A DNA stretch of 64,000 nt from contig CAWJKZ010000019.1 of the NCBI GenBank assembly GCA_963843575.1, forward strand, positions 160,001 through 224,000, in the 5' to 3' direction. This document shows positions 22,701 through 32,183 of the stretch, piece after piece; the first letter of the stretch is position 1, and the number at the start of each line of letters is the position of its first letter. Source of the DNA: an uncultured Acidobacteriota bacterium (lineage in GTDB: Bacteria; Acidobacteriota; UBA6911). A program made the translations under genes and the position numbers. The notes beneath the pieces were generated by a model that saw only the letters and a list, made by a program, of their open reading frames with translations, ran no database searches and was not told the DNA's origin.

Positions 22701-23133
22701 GATCATTCACTTCTCCGGGCACGCGGAGATGCGCGGCGGCAAACCCGCGCTGGTGTTCGGATCGCGCCCGCGCGAGGCGTACCTGGAAGGTCCGTCGATC
22801 CAGGGGTGGAGGCTGACCCGGAACCGGCTGGTTACCCTGGCAGGCTGCGATACCGGGCTGGGACCCATATCCGGCGGCGAGATGCCCTGGGGCCTTGTCC
22901 CGGCATTTCTGAGCGCCGGCGCCCCCGCCGTCCTGGCCACCGTTCTTCCTGCCGAAGATGCCGACACGTTCCGGCTCACGGCGCGCTTCTACGAGCTGCT
23001 GGCGCGAGGCGGCATCTCGAAAGCGGGTGCATTGCGGGAAGCACAGCTGAACGTTGTTCGCTCCACTCCCGGCCCGTGGCCCGGCCGCCCGATCGCCTGG
23101 GCACCCTTCGTCCTGGTGGGTGACCCCAGATAG
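19702..23133 (+). CDS. zf-HC2 (zinc anti-sigma) - TM - TPR - CHAT caspase-like protease
   Basis: ATGA overlap with the sigma gene; HLASCAVC; hydrophobic WGAAAAAAVFVLGVLALAAL; TPR repeats; CHAT motifs LIILPDGPLHLVPFAGL, IIHFSGH, VTLAGCDTG, GLVPAFLSAGA, WAPFVLVG. Confidence 0.9.
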   Translation: MTSKARTTDSACLDDNDLYGYVTGSPGTRPAEELELHLASCAVCREELAGLLELLHPEADDAPEAEPGCPSQEMRNTLELIRQTSGPRAGNSSGRRWYQWGAAAAAAVFVLGVLALAALRLYEGAKAGALSAQARAALQHAYAPRSPNDLRLDLPFASDESQRSPEPAGSLESAEAFYHGALGVRDGLREPLLGLGYIYLRQNRTPQALEQFQRILDSSAADIQALLGRGVARYESAMAATDPTERSGALDAALGDFDAVLALKPDSHEASFNKARTLFELGRHQQAVREIESYLGRDPDSIWGKKLQELKTRILMNRSELLDREVQRAARARDAPALERLARIVPEKIPPIIRSLLLESLTVADNTDPSGLSWAAGVLEASRRAATGDASGAVLLKQYRSFSQSQRRARRELNARLERLIASFSGGGMLPALKGSDGLAVALERWRDHWQLVRLYQLRGTARFYGLSDFAGATAEYRKMLRCAELSTDPDLVARSLAALSSSYGEEARYDEALTALSRLKQVARNSGLRSWTLFACNSLGAVYLKLNQLQESLREYSSALTQAYRAMDHESLVLALENLGVVMERLDRYPEARRFYAEAGRMQASLLSDGILQPTPDTEARRRNLLAKEGSLALRLKDFPVARARFEESLPHPPTGVTELEARDRIGLAQVCIEEGKLSEAEGEVRRVLEIASANALPEATWQAHSLAGFIRGRAGDDEEALRHFDAATQVLERMRTRISSPDQQRSFLAPRFDPYREPIPLLFRLHKAPDEILAAVDRAKSMTLRESLRSRSGAPDVAGSSWASGPAAARLPPGTAVVDYFLCSDQVFAFVSGERGSDAVRLGVAPDELEASASEYVESIRTGNYESFSSLSRTLHEALIDPILPAIAEPSVRALIILPDGPLHLVPFAGLTDPAGRCLLERYALSFAPSRSVLSHCLAAGKAGGFTRSSTVLLMDGSANLPGSARELGRIGALFERNSRMATFADLGALDSSLGTFEIIHFSGHAEMRGGKPALVFGSRPREAYLEGPSIQGWRLTRNRLVTLAGCDTGLGPISGGEMPWGLVPAFLSAGAPAVLATVLPAEDADTFRLTARFYELLARGGISKAGALREAQLNVVRSTPGPWPGRPIAWAPFVLVGDPR

Positions 23134-23326
23134 CCGCATTTTCCCCGGCCAGTTCTCACCTTAATTCAAATCTCCGGTAGGCGAAACGCCCTGGTTTTCG
23201 TTCTTGATAGATGTAGGCCAAATGAATGGCCACGAGACGGCACCGGGATGTCTGGCCGGCGCCGATGACACTACCTTCCCGGCACGGAGACGACTCCGCT
23301 GCCGGGATCTTCCCCGGGAGTCCGAT

Positions 23327-23839
23327 ATGCGTAGTCCCAAGTCCCTGCTTCTGCTGGCCCTGTTCGTCGTCCTGATCCCAGTCGCGCTGTCGGCGCAAGA
23401 CAATCCGCCGCCGAAGTGCTGCCCGCGTGCGCCCGAGCCGATCACCACCCCCACCGAAGGGACTCCGGTCCAGCCACCGGTGCAGGGCGAGCTCGTCGTT
23501 CCGCGGGCCGTCCTGCACCGCCAGGGGATCACCCCGGCCGAATTCATCGATCGTCTGTCCGACGGTATTTTGCCGGGAAGGCGGATCACGATCGTGACCT
23601 TCTCTGAAAATGTGATCGACCTGGCGGACGAGAGTGCCCGGCCGGCAGCCGCAGCGGATGACGAGGGGCTGATTGCGGTGCGTGAGACGCGTGTGTTCCG
23701 GCAACCTCGCGCCCGGTTCACGCCCCAACAACTGGACCAGTTGAACCTGCTCTGGATCACCGACGGTGAAATCTACCTGAAGGTCACCTTTGTCGACAGC
23801 GCGTCGCCGGTAGACCTGCTCTCGATTCAGCGGCCGTAA
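23327..23839 (+). CDS. hypothetical secreted protein (170 aa)
   Basis: Signal peptide MRSPKSLLLLALFVVLIPVALSAQ; Pro-rich linker containing CC; same strand as the CHAT gene. Confidence 0.7.
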   Translation: MRSPKSLLLLALFVVLIPVALSAQDNPPPKCCPRAPEPITTPTEGTPVQPPVQGELVVPRAVLHRQGITPAEFIDRLSDGILPGRRITIVTFSENVIDLADESARPAAAADDEGLIAVRETRVFRQPRARFTPQQLDQLNLLWITDGEIYLKVTFVDSASPVDLLSIQRP

Positions 23840-23863
23840 TGCCAGGAGGCGGATGGAAAACGT

Positions 23864-24079
23864 ATGCATGAACCCGAGCCCTCAGCGTGTGTGCAGATAG
23901 CCCTCGACTTGATCTGTTACGAGATGCACTGCGGCAGGTTGAGCCAGGAGATGATCGAAATTCTGGAGGAGCATGCTGCGGATTGCCCGTTCTGCAGCCG
24001 GCACATCAGGCAGTTCAAGGAGATGGTCCGCTCGGGCGAGTATGACACCTCCGGCTGGCGGGGCCATTCCATCCAGTGA
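23864..24079 (+). CDS. small zf-HC2 (anti-sigma-like) protein
   Basis: 71 aa with C..(E)MHCGRLS...LEEHAADCPFC (HxxxCxxC); GGAGG upstream. Confidence 0.7.
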   Translation: MHEPEPSACVQIALDLICYEMHCGRLSQEMIEILEEHAADCPFCSRHIRQFKEMVRSGEYDTSGWRGHSIQ

Positions 24080-24273
24080 AGTGGAGTGGTTCCGTCAGCC
24101 GGAGGTCCATACGCGGCTGACGGAAGAAATCGAAGGGCAGGGGAAGGAACAAGCCTGGCTCTTCGAGATTCAACGAGTTCCTGGAGCCTGGAGGTGAGTT
24201 CATCGACTCACCTCCAAGGCCCCGGGTGTCTCAAAGAGCGCGCAGCCCGCCTGGAGGCTTCGGCCACGCCGCA

Positions 24274-24987
24274 TTACCCGGTAGAGACCGCCTTCAACGC
24301 GGCCGCGATCCTTTCGAGTGCGGGGGGCGGGTGAACCGTTTCGTTCTTGACGATGCCGGCGAACATCAGTCCATAGCGATGACCGGCACGGCGCCGAACT
24401 TCGGCAGGAAGGGTCACCTCATCCTCCCCGAGCCGTAGCCCCACTTCGACCATCGTGCCTAACTGTAGCTCCGGATCTTCTTCGGGGCCGAACTCGAGCA
24501 GTATCCCGGTCAAACTCAGATCGAGCGGGATGGCGTGCAGTGTCCCCTCCCGTCGGACCAGGGAGACCCGGGCCGACAGACCCTTGCTGCTGTCGACGGG
24601 CACACGTAAGGCTCGCCTCGCTTCATGCCCGAAGAGCTCCGAGGGCATCCTCAGTGCCAGTTGGGCGCCAACCGAGGATGTTTCCAGACGGTGATCCACG
24701 AGCGTCGAGAAGAAGGCGCGGGATTCCCCGCGGTAGGAAAAAAATACCAGAGCGCTGGTGCCCACGCGCAGTTCCTGGGTCGGTTCGAAGACGTGTATCC
24801 TGATCATGTGCCCCGACATCAGGACGAGGCGCGCGTGGCGATACGCGGCCACGTCCTCCTCGAACAGGATTACGGCATGGGCGTGTTGTCTGCAGGCTTC
24901 GGCCAAGGCTTCCGAGGGATCCTGGTCGATGGGGCGCAAGTGATATTTTTCGTGAGCGATCGACAGATCCACGACGAGATCCTCCAC
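24274..24987 (-). CDS. PilZ domain (c-di-GMP binding) protein, flagellar-brake-like
   Basis: RRALR (RxxxR) and DLSLTG (DxSxxG) motifs. Confidence 0.8.
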   Translation of the reverse strand: MEDLVVDLSIAHEKYHLRPIDQDPSEALAEACRQHAHAVILFEEDVAAYRHARLVLMSGHMIRIHVFEPTQELRVGTSALVFFSYRGESRAFFSTLVDHRLETSSVGAQLALRMPSELFGHEARRALRVPVDSSKGLSARVSLVRREGTLHAIPLDLSLTGILLEFGPEEDPELQLGTMVEVGLRLGEDEVTLPAEVRRRAGHRYGLMFAGIVKNETVHPPPALERIAAALKAVSTG

Positions 24988-25143
24988 ATCCTACTTACAA
25001 GAACGTAAGCAACGGGGATTCGTCCACCGGGGGGACCGGATTTTTTTTCGCGTCACGCGCGCCCGGGTGAATCGCCATTCTCTCGGCCTCCCGGCGCGCA
25101 TAGTGGGTTGCGCCCCGTGCCCCGTCCGGATTAATCTTGGCCA

Positions 25144-27234
25144 GTGTATGGCTTGACCCTGTTCGTGAGCGCCTTCCTGCTCTTCTGGATTCAGCCCCTG
25201 CTGGGAAAGCGACTCCTCCCCTGGTTTGGCGGAAGCCCGGCCGTCTGGACCTCCTGCATGCTGTTTTTTCAGGTTCTCCTCCTTGCGGGGTACGGGTACG
25301 CGCACCTGATTGCCGGCCGCGCGCGCAGGACGCAGGCGGTGCTGCACGGGTCACTTCTGGCCCTCTCGCTGGCGACCCTTCCCCTGCTCGCTCCCTCGGC
25401 ATGGAAGCCGGCGGCCGATGGACGGCCCCTGCTCCGCATCCTGGGTCTCCTCGCTGCCGGCGTCGGGTTTCCCTGTTTCGTGCTCTCTGCGACGAGCCCG
25501 CTGCTGCAGGCTTGGTTCGGCCGGAGCCGGCCGGGCGAGTCTCCCTACCGGCTTTATGCACTTTCGAACGCGGGCTCGCTGCTGGCGCTTCTGGCGTTCC
25601 CGTTTCTGATCGAGCCGTCCCTTCCGCTCCGGAACCAGACCGGGATTTGGGCGGCGGCCTACGTCGCGTTCGCGGCCCTCTGCGGCTGGTGCGCCCTCGC
25701 CGGACTGGGTGCACCCAGCGGCGCCGTCGAGGGCGGCGGCCCCGCTACACCCTCCGTCGAACAGGAACCGGGCGCGGTGCGGCGGACTCTTTGGCTGGCA
25801 CTGCCCGCGTGCAGCTCTCTCATGCTGCTGTCCGCGACCAACCAGATGTGCCTGGATGTCGCCGCCATCCCGCTCCTGTGGGTTTTACCGCTCGCGATTT
25901 ACCTGCTCTCGTTCGTCGTGTGCTTTCACAGGCCGGAGTGGTATGTCCGCCCCATTTTCGGGATCCTGCTGGCTGCAGCCCTCGCCTGGTCCTGCGACGT
26001 GCTGGTCGACGGCGTGTTCGCCCCGCTGGGGCGGCAGATCGCCTCTGGCTCGCTGACCCTCTTCGCCGTGTGTATGGTCTGCCACGGCGAACTGGTCCGG
26101 ATCAAGCCCGGCACACGACACCTTACGGCCTACTACGGGATGATCGCCGCGGGGAGCGCAGTGGGGGCGCTTTTCGTCTCGCTCCTGGCGCCAGTGCTGT
26201 TCACGGGGTACTGGGAGTACCCCGTCGCCCTGATGGCTGCCGGCCTCGTGGTCGTCGTGCTGACCTTCGTGGAAGGGGCGAGGTTCGCCTACCGCGGCAA
26301 GTCCGTCCGAGCCTGGATCGTGCTTTGCGTGCCGCTGGCGGTCCTGGGGTTGGTCCTGGGATCCCACCTCGAGCTTGCCATGACTGGCAACCTGGAGATG
26401 GCGCGGAGTTTCTATGGGGTCCTGCGCGTTTTCGAGAACAACCGCGGCGACCCGCGCCTGCACCGCGTCACCCTGATGCACGGCCGGGTCCAGCACGGGT
26501 TTCAGTACCAGTCCCCGTTCCGACGCAACTGGCCTACCTCCTACTACGGGCCCGCGAGCGGCATCGGCCTCGCCCTGCGCTATCATCCGAAACGGAACGA
26601 GGGTCCGAAGACTCTGAGGATCGGCGTCGTCGGGCTGGGGACTGGGACACTCGCGAGCTACGGCCAGCCGGGCGACACCATGCGCTTCTACGAGCTCAAC
26701 CCCGACGTCGTGCGCCTCTGCCGGAAGTATTTCTCGTACCTGAGCAACAGCGCCGCCCAGGTGGCCGTCGTCCCGGGAGACGCGCGGATCGCGATGCAAC
26801 AGGAGAATGCGCGCGGGGAGGACTGCCGTTTCGACGTGCTTGCCGTCGACGCGTTCAGCGGCGACGCCATCCCCATGCACCTGCTGACACGGGAGTGCGC
26901 CGAGATCTACTGGTCCCACCTGCAGCCGGACGGCATCCTGGCGCTCCACGTCAGCAGCAGGTACTTCGATCTGACCCCGGTCGCGCGGGGCTTGGTCTCC
27001 GTGCTGCCCGGGGAGGGGACCGAGGCGTCGCTGGTTGCCAGTCCGCGCCGCACCGACGAGGGAATCGAAGCATCCGACTGGGTTCTGCTCACGGCCAACG
27101 CGGAGTTCTTGAGGACGGGCGCCGTCCGGCGGGCGATCCGGCCGTGGACGGAAGACGACCTGCCGCCGGTGCTCTGGACCGACGACTACAGCAACCTCTT
27201 TCGCCTGCTCCGGCGCGGCTCCCACCTGTTCTAG
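25144..27234 (+). CDS. fused membrane/spermidine synthase-like SAM-dependent protein
   Basis: FVSAFLLFWIQPLLGK..PWFGGSPAVW TM region; C-terminal VVGLGTGTLASY, YELNPDV, GDAR, DAFSGDAIPMHLLTRE, WTDDYSN. Confidence 0.88.
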   Translation: MYGLTLFVSAFLLFWIQPLLGKRLLPWFGGSPAVWTSCMLFFQVLLLAGYGYAHLIAGRARRTQAVLHGSLLALSLATLPLLAPSAWKPAADGRPLLRILGLLAAGVGFPCFVLSATSPLLQAWFGRSRPGESPYRLYALSNAGSLLALLAFPFLIEPSLPLRNQTGIWAAAYVAFAALCGWCALAGLGAPSGAVEGGGPATPSVEQEPGAVRRTLWLALPACSSLMLLSATNQMCLDVAAIPLLWVLPLAIYLLSFVVCFHRPEWYVRPIFGILLAAALAWSCDVLVDGVFAPLGRQIASGSLTLFAVCMVCHGELVRIKPGTRHLTAYYGMIAAGSAVGALFVSLLAPVLFTGYWEYPVALMAAGLVVVVLTFVEGARFAYRGKSVRAWIVLCVPLAVLGLVLGSHLELAMTGNLEMARSFYGVLRVFENNRGDPRLHRVTLMHGRVQHGFQYQSPFRRNWPTSYYGPASGIGLALRYHPKRNEGPKTLRIGVVGLGTGTLASYGQPGDTMRFYELNPDVVRLCRKYFSYLSNSAAQVAVVPGDARIAMQQENARGEDCRFDVLAVDAFSGDAIPMHLLTRECAEIYWSHLQPDGILALHVSSRYFDLTPVARGLVSVLPGEGTEASLVASPRRTDEGIEASDWVLLTANAEFLRTGAVRRAIRPWTEDDLPPVLWTDDYSNLFRLLRRGSHLF

Positions 27235-27286
27235 GGCCCGGCCCCGAGTCTCTTCAGCTTGTCGTTCTTGCAGTATTTCCTCGACG

Positions 27287-27478
27287 GTGATCAACCAGAT
27301 CGATCGGGCGGACAGGGCGTTCCAGTTCGTGGATTGGCTGTTCGACGGGGACGACATCATCGCCGTGAGCCGAACCGCGTGGGATGGGGCTCGCAGGCCC
27401 CACGACGCAAACTACATGACGTTTCACCGGATCAGGGACTTTCGCCGCCGCGGCCTGCACGACCCGCCGCTATTCTAA
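27287..27478 (+). pseudogene. C-terminal remnant of a sialidase-like protein
   Basis: AFQFVDWLFDGDDIIAVSRTAWDGARRPHDANYMTFHRIRDFR resembles the C-terminus of exo-alpha-sialidase-like proteins; no upstream body. Confidence 0.5.
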
Positions 27479-27539
27479 TTCGGCGCTGGGGCAAGCCGGT
27501 TCCGAACCCCGATGACCGGTTGTCCTCGCGGTATCGTGA

Positions 27540-28034
27540 TCAGATAAACACGCCCGCTGGCGGGCGGCCGATCGCTCGCCTCCACGCCGCGAGCTGCCCC
27601 GCGTGGAACGCCGCGTGAGCCGCGACGACCTGGAGTACGGCGTCGCCCGTCGTCGGGAATGTGCGGCGAGCGTCGACGTCGGGCACTGGCGCCGCCAATC
27701 CGGCTTCGCCCGCCGCGAGAAGGGCGGTGCGGAGCCGCCGGCTTGCATCGCTCAACGCGGCGAGCAGGGCGTCCTTGCCCAGTTGCTGCGACGCCGTCTT
27801 TTCGGGGGCGGTGCCGTACCCGAAGCGTGACTCCCACTCCCCACCGAGCCATGGCGCGTCCCCCAGCTCGCACGCGATTGCCTGGAAACTGAAGACGAGG
27901 TGTCCGAGCGTCCAGGCGGCGTGATTGGGGACCCCCTGCGGTTGAACGATCATCTCATCATCGGACAGGTCCGCCACGAGTTCGTGCACGAAGGCCACCG
28001 TCCGGTCCAGACAGCTCACGAGTTCCGGAACCAT
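27540..28034 (-). CDS. DinB family protein
   Basis: PNHAAWTLGHL...AHAAFHAGQLAAWRR His triad pattern. Confidence 0.85.
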   Translation of the reverse strand: MVPELVSCLDRTVAFVHELVADLSDDEMIVQPQGVPNHAAWTLGHLVFSFQAIACELGDAPWLGGEWESRFGYGTAPEKTASQQLGKDALLAALSDASRRLRTALLAAGEAGLAAPVPDVDARRTFPTTGDAVLQVVAAHAAFHAGQLAAWRRAIGRPPAGVFI

Positions 28035-28304
28035 CTCGCTCCTTGGGCTGGTTGCCGGGCGCTGCACTTCCCTGCGTGGGCCCGGCGAACCTTCGGTCTC
28101 TGCAGCATCGTCCTGAGAGTACACCCTTTTGCGTTTTCGGAGCGGCGTCGTGCTTGGGCCGTAAACCGCTCCGAGTTGAGGAGAGGTCCCCGGCTGGCCC
28201 GGTTTCTTGCCCCGAGGGATCCCGAACAACCGCGGCGAACTGCCTTTACCCGCCGCCAGCAGGCATGCTACCCTACGCGACGTTGCTGCGCGCTCCCGCC
28301 GCAC

Positions 28305-28381
28305 GGGCCCATAGCTCAGTTGGTTAGAGCAGCTGACTCATAATCAGCGGGTCGCAGGTTCGAGTCCTGCTGGGCCCACCA
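28305..28381 (+). tRNA. tRNA with CAT anticodon, probably tRNA-Ile2 (lysidine)
   Basis: GGGCCCATAGCTCAGTTGGTTAGAGCAGCTGACTCATAATCAGCGGGTCGCAGGTTCGAGTCCTGCTGGGCCCACCA folds as a cloverleaf with encoded CCA. The acceptor stem is fully paired, so it is not fMet. Ile2 versus elongator Met is inferred. Confidence 0.93.
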
Positions 28382-28439
28382 GTGATCTCAACTACTTACA
28401 GCTGGCATCGAATAGCCCAGAATCACGAAAATCGCTCTA

Positions 28440-28460
28440 GGGTAACACCGGGGTAACAGC
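28440..28460 (+). repeat. putative integrase arm-type site (left)
   Basis: GGGTAACACCGGGGTAACAGC (tandem GGGTAACA), identical at 34555-34575. Confidence 0.75.
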
Positions 28461-28544
28461 CGGCTGGATTTCCTATGCTTGCCTTTGGCGATTTGGAGTC
28501 GGGCTCCATTTAGGATATGCTCGGGATCCAAAGCGAGAGGCTGG

Positions 28545-28829
28545 ATGCCTACCATACTTTTCGTCCTGGGCTGGAGGTTCTTCTTTTACAGCAATGAGGG
28601 AAACGAGCCCCCGCACGTGCATGCCCGCAAGGGAGACGCCGAGTGCAAGTACTGGCTGAAACCTGATCTTTTTGAGATCGAGGAGGCATGGTCGTACAAC
28701 CTGACGCCGCGACTGCGGCGCGAGGTGCGCAAGATCATTTTTGACCACTTCGAACTGATCATGGGAGAATGGGAGAAAGCTTTTGGGGGGAAACGTAATG
28801 AAAGCGACCGAACCGCTGACGGCGAGTGA
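28545..28829 (+). CDS. DUF4160 family protein (TA toxin-like)
   Basis: MPTILFVLGWRFFFYSNEGNEPPHVHARKGDAECKYWL. Confidence 0.88.
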   Translation: MPTILFVLGWRFFFYSNEGNEPPHVHARKGDAECKYWLKPDLFEIEEAWSYNLTPRLRREVRKIIFDHFELIMGEWEKAFGGKRNESDRTADGE

Positions 28830-29040
28830 AATCGAGGCGACGCTCGAGGCCCTCGTCCTTGTGGTGGGCGGTCGCAATTTCCGTGTGCCTTGGGAGAAGT
28901 GTTCCAGCCGGCTCGCGGTCGCGACGGAGCACGAACGTCTTCACGCCGAGCTTTCGCCAGGCGGTTACGGCATCCACTGGCCTTTGATCGACGAGGACCT
29001 GTCCGTCAGCGGACTTCTGCGGGATCTACACGGGGCCTGA
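28798..29040 (+). CDS. DUF2442 family protein (TA partner)
   Basis: RLAVATEHERLHAELSPGGYGIHWPLIDEDLSVSGLL; overlaps the DUF4160 gene. Confidence 0.88.
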   Translation: MKATEPLTASEIEATLEALVLVVGGRNFRVPWEKCSSRLAVATEHERLHAELSPGGYGIHWPLIDEDLSVSGLLRDLHGA

Positions 29041-29340
29041 CGGCGTCATCGCAAAAACCCGACGCGCGTTTGAAGCATGTCGATCCCGGGCACCGCAACT
29101 AACTCCTTTCGTCCTGTTCCGACCTCGAATCGGCTTGGACGGAGCCGCAGCTCCAGGGAATCCTCGCGTGCCGTTAGCAAATACGCACCCAGCCGAAGTC
29201 TCAGTGTCGGAACACCCGATGCAAACTGCGCAGCCAGCCGGTGGCCTTCGTGAAGAGGGAAGTCTCGCGCGGAAAGATCCTGGTGCGGCTGGGCCTTTCG
29301 CCGGATGCGGCTGTTCAGGCCGCGGTGAGCGGGTACGAAA

Positions 29341-30498
29341 GTGAGTAGCGTCGACCAGCAGGCGATCTACCCCGGCTTGCGCTGGTCCGAGGTCGGCTTG
29401 GAGGGCCCGGTCACCGACGCCATCCAACCCGTGGAATTCCAGGTTCCTCCGTCGCCTACCTGCGCTGGTTCTGGTTCCAACTCGAGCCGGAGCGCGGGAA
29501 GTACCGCTGGGAGATCCTCGACTCTGCGCTCGACGAAGCGCGCAAGCACGGCCAGGTGCTCAGTATCAGGCTCATGCCTTACGACCAGGGCAACCCGATG
29601 CCGCGAGGCGCCCGCCGTGCGAACAAACCGGAAGACGAGGACGGGACGTGGTCGCCCGATGCGGACGACCTTTCTTACGTGAAGTACTGGCGCACCCTCA
29701 TCCTCGAAGCCGGCCGCCGCTACGACGGGCACCCGTATCTCGACACAGTCGATATTTCCACGGTCGGGTACTGTGCGGCGAAGACTGGGGGCCGTACCTG
29801 CCGTCGTGGGCCGTGCTGCAGGGGCTGGTCGACCTCTATTTCGAGGCTTTCACGCGCACGCCGCTGCCGATGAATTTCGACGAGCCCATGGCCCTCGTCT
29901 ACAGGTGCGAGGTTCGACATGTACCCACAGCGGATTGCGCGGGGAGGCCTCCAGGACATCTGTTGGAGTTCGCCCGTGTTGCTCGAGACGTGCGGCACCC
30001 CGGGTTCCTGGAAGAACATGAAGTACGAGCTGAAACGGATCCTGGACCAGGCGCTAGGGTGGCACGCTTCGACCATCAACGAGAAGGCGACGAAGATTCC
30101 CGACGAGTCAAAGAAGGATTTCGAGGAGTTTCAAAAGCAGATCGGGTACAGGTACATGCTGCGCCGCTGAGTACCCGCCTAAAATCAAGGCCAACCGCAT
30201 GCTCCCTGTAAAGATGTGGCGGTTCAACGCGGGTGTGACGCCGGTTTACCGGGAGTACCGGCTGATGCTGCGTATGGGCAGCTCGCAGATCGAGGTGCCG
30301 GTGGACGTACGTAAGTGGCTGCCGGGCGGTGCGGTCTAAGAAGGCTCGCTCTACGTCGACGGGGCGCTCCCGCCGGGACAGTATAAGATCGCGGTGGCGA
30401 TGGTGGATCCGAGAACGGGTCAGCCCGTCATCCGGCTCGCGATGGAGGGCCGCCAACCCGATCGCTGGTACGACCTCGGCACCTTGGCGATCCGGTAA
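29341..30498 (+). pseudogene. degraded DUF4832/beta-galactosidase-like glycoside hydrolase
   Basis: Fragments AYLRWFWFQLEPERGKYRWEILD, GRRYDGHPYLDTVDI, QIGYRYMLR and W.NAGV.PVY..Y in several frames, with in-frame stops and apparent deletions. Confidence 0.6.
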
Positions 30499-30949
30499 GG
30501 CTCATGTGCTGTTTGGTAGCTGAAAGCCAAGGAATTACGACGTGCTTGCTGCGGTGCCGCCTTTGGCCTGGAGTATTCCACTCGATGTCGCCGGACCCGC
30601 GGACGATATATTCCATCACCCGCATCGTCCGCTCCGGGTGGCCATTTCCTTCAGCCTGAAATACCCGGCCGCACCACGTTGTTCCCTGCCGCGAGTGCGC
30701 TGATCGTAGGAACGAATCTCGAATTCGTGATTCCGATGCGGAGCCTGCAGGCGCCTTGCCCGGCGGCAGAGACGCTCGCCTCGCCGAAGCTCATGTGCGG
30801 CATATGGTCCGCCTAGTATAGCGTGCGCGTCAGATTGCGGTGGCACAGCTCCTCATTCTTGAACCTGGGCGGCACGCGTCGCTGCTGTCGTAACGTGTTG
30901 CTCAGGGTCTGCTCGACGATGTAGTTCTGGCCGCTCTGCAAAAAGCCGG

Positions 30950-32183
30950 ATGGCCGACACTGCGGCGCATCTCGTCGACCGTGTTTTCCCGGAAGCCCCT
31001 GTCCGCCAATGGGTACTGTCGCTTCCTTTTTCGCTGCGCTACCTTCTGGCCTGCAACGCAGGCCTGGTCAGGGAAGTTCTGCAGATATTCGTGCGTGCAG
31101 TGTTCGCGTCGATCCGCCGCCGGGCGGGTTTCCCCGCTTCGAGCCGGAGAGCGAGGTGCGGCGCCGTCACCTTCGTGCAGCGGTTTGGGGATGCCCTTAA
31201 CCTCAATGTTCATTTCCATACTCTCGCCCTCGATGGGATCTACGTTGCCGACAATGATGGCAAGCTGGCCTTCCGCCGGGTTGGGCCTCCGGGCGATGCA
31301 GAAGTGGCGCGAGTGGCGGAACGCGTCTCACGCCGCGTGCGCCGGCTTCTCGAACGCCGCGGCCTGGGCCCGCACTCGAGCGCGGAAGAAGACGACCTGC
31401 CCTCTCAGACCCAGCCGATGCTTGCAGAACTCTGCGGTGCTTCCATCATCGGCCGCGTCGCAGCCGGGGCTCGGGCGGGCGAGCGCCTCGCGAAGGTCGG
31501 TGACGCGGTGGAGGTGGAAGACCTGCCTGTAACCGGCGGCCGGAGCTGCGCTGCGGTTTGCGGCTACAACGTTCATGCGGGCGTGTGCGTCGCCGCCCGC
31601 GACCGGCTGCGCCTCGAGCATCTGTGTCGTTATGCCGGTTCGTCCTCCGCTTGCCGCCGAGCGTTTGAGGACCTTGCCTGACGGCAGGCTTCTGTACCGT
31701 CTCAGGCACCGCTGGCGCGACGGAACCACTCACGTCATTTTCGAACCGCCGGATCTGGTTGCGAGAGTCGCGGCCCTTGTGCCGCCGCCGCGGTTCAACG
31801 TTGTGAGATATCACGGAATCCTGGCGCCCTGCGCGGCTCTCAGGCCGATGGTCGTCCCCGAACCTGCGTCACACGAACCATTTGAGAAAAGACGGCATCC
31901 AGGCTGTTCGAATGCAGATGACGACTTCGCCGATAATTCCGAACGCTCCGCAAGCAAAAGGCGATGCCATCCCCGGAATTACACATGGGCCGAGCTCATG
32001 AAACGGGTATGGTCGCTGGATGTCCTGAAGTGCGATCGTTGCGGCGGGCGGATGCGGGTCGTGTGCGCGAAGCATCCTCCTGATGCGATCCCCAGCATCC
32101 TGGACTGCCTCGGCCTGCCTGCGAGGGCACCGCCGGTTGCACGGGCAGCATCAATCATGGATGAGCCGCCTATTGATTGGTAG
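30950..32183 (+). mobile_element. IS91-family (Y2) transposase remnant, 5'-truncated, frameshift at about 31640
   Basis: MADTAAHLVDRVFP..VRQWVLSLP, QRFGDALNLNVHFH (HUH), LEHLCRY, VPPPRFNVVRYHGILAP, WAELMKRVW..DVLKCDRCGG. The N-terminal zinc-binding domain is missing. Confidence 0.88.

Noticed and set aside
18976-23195. Shared motif GTAG..AAAC..CCTGGT upstream of the sigma gene (18976-18992) and the secreted gene (23177-23195) as the ECF promoter
   Set aside because: Short, gapped similarity with only two instances; cannot be distinguished from chance.
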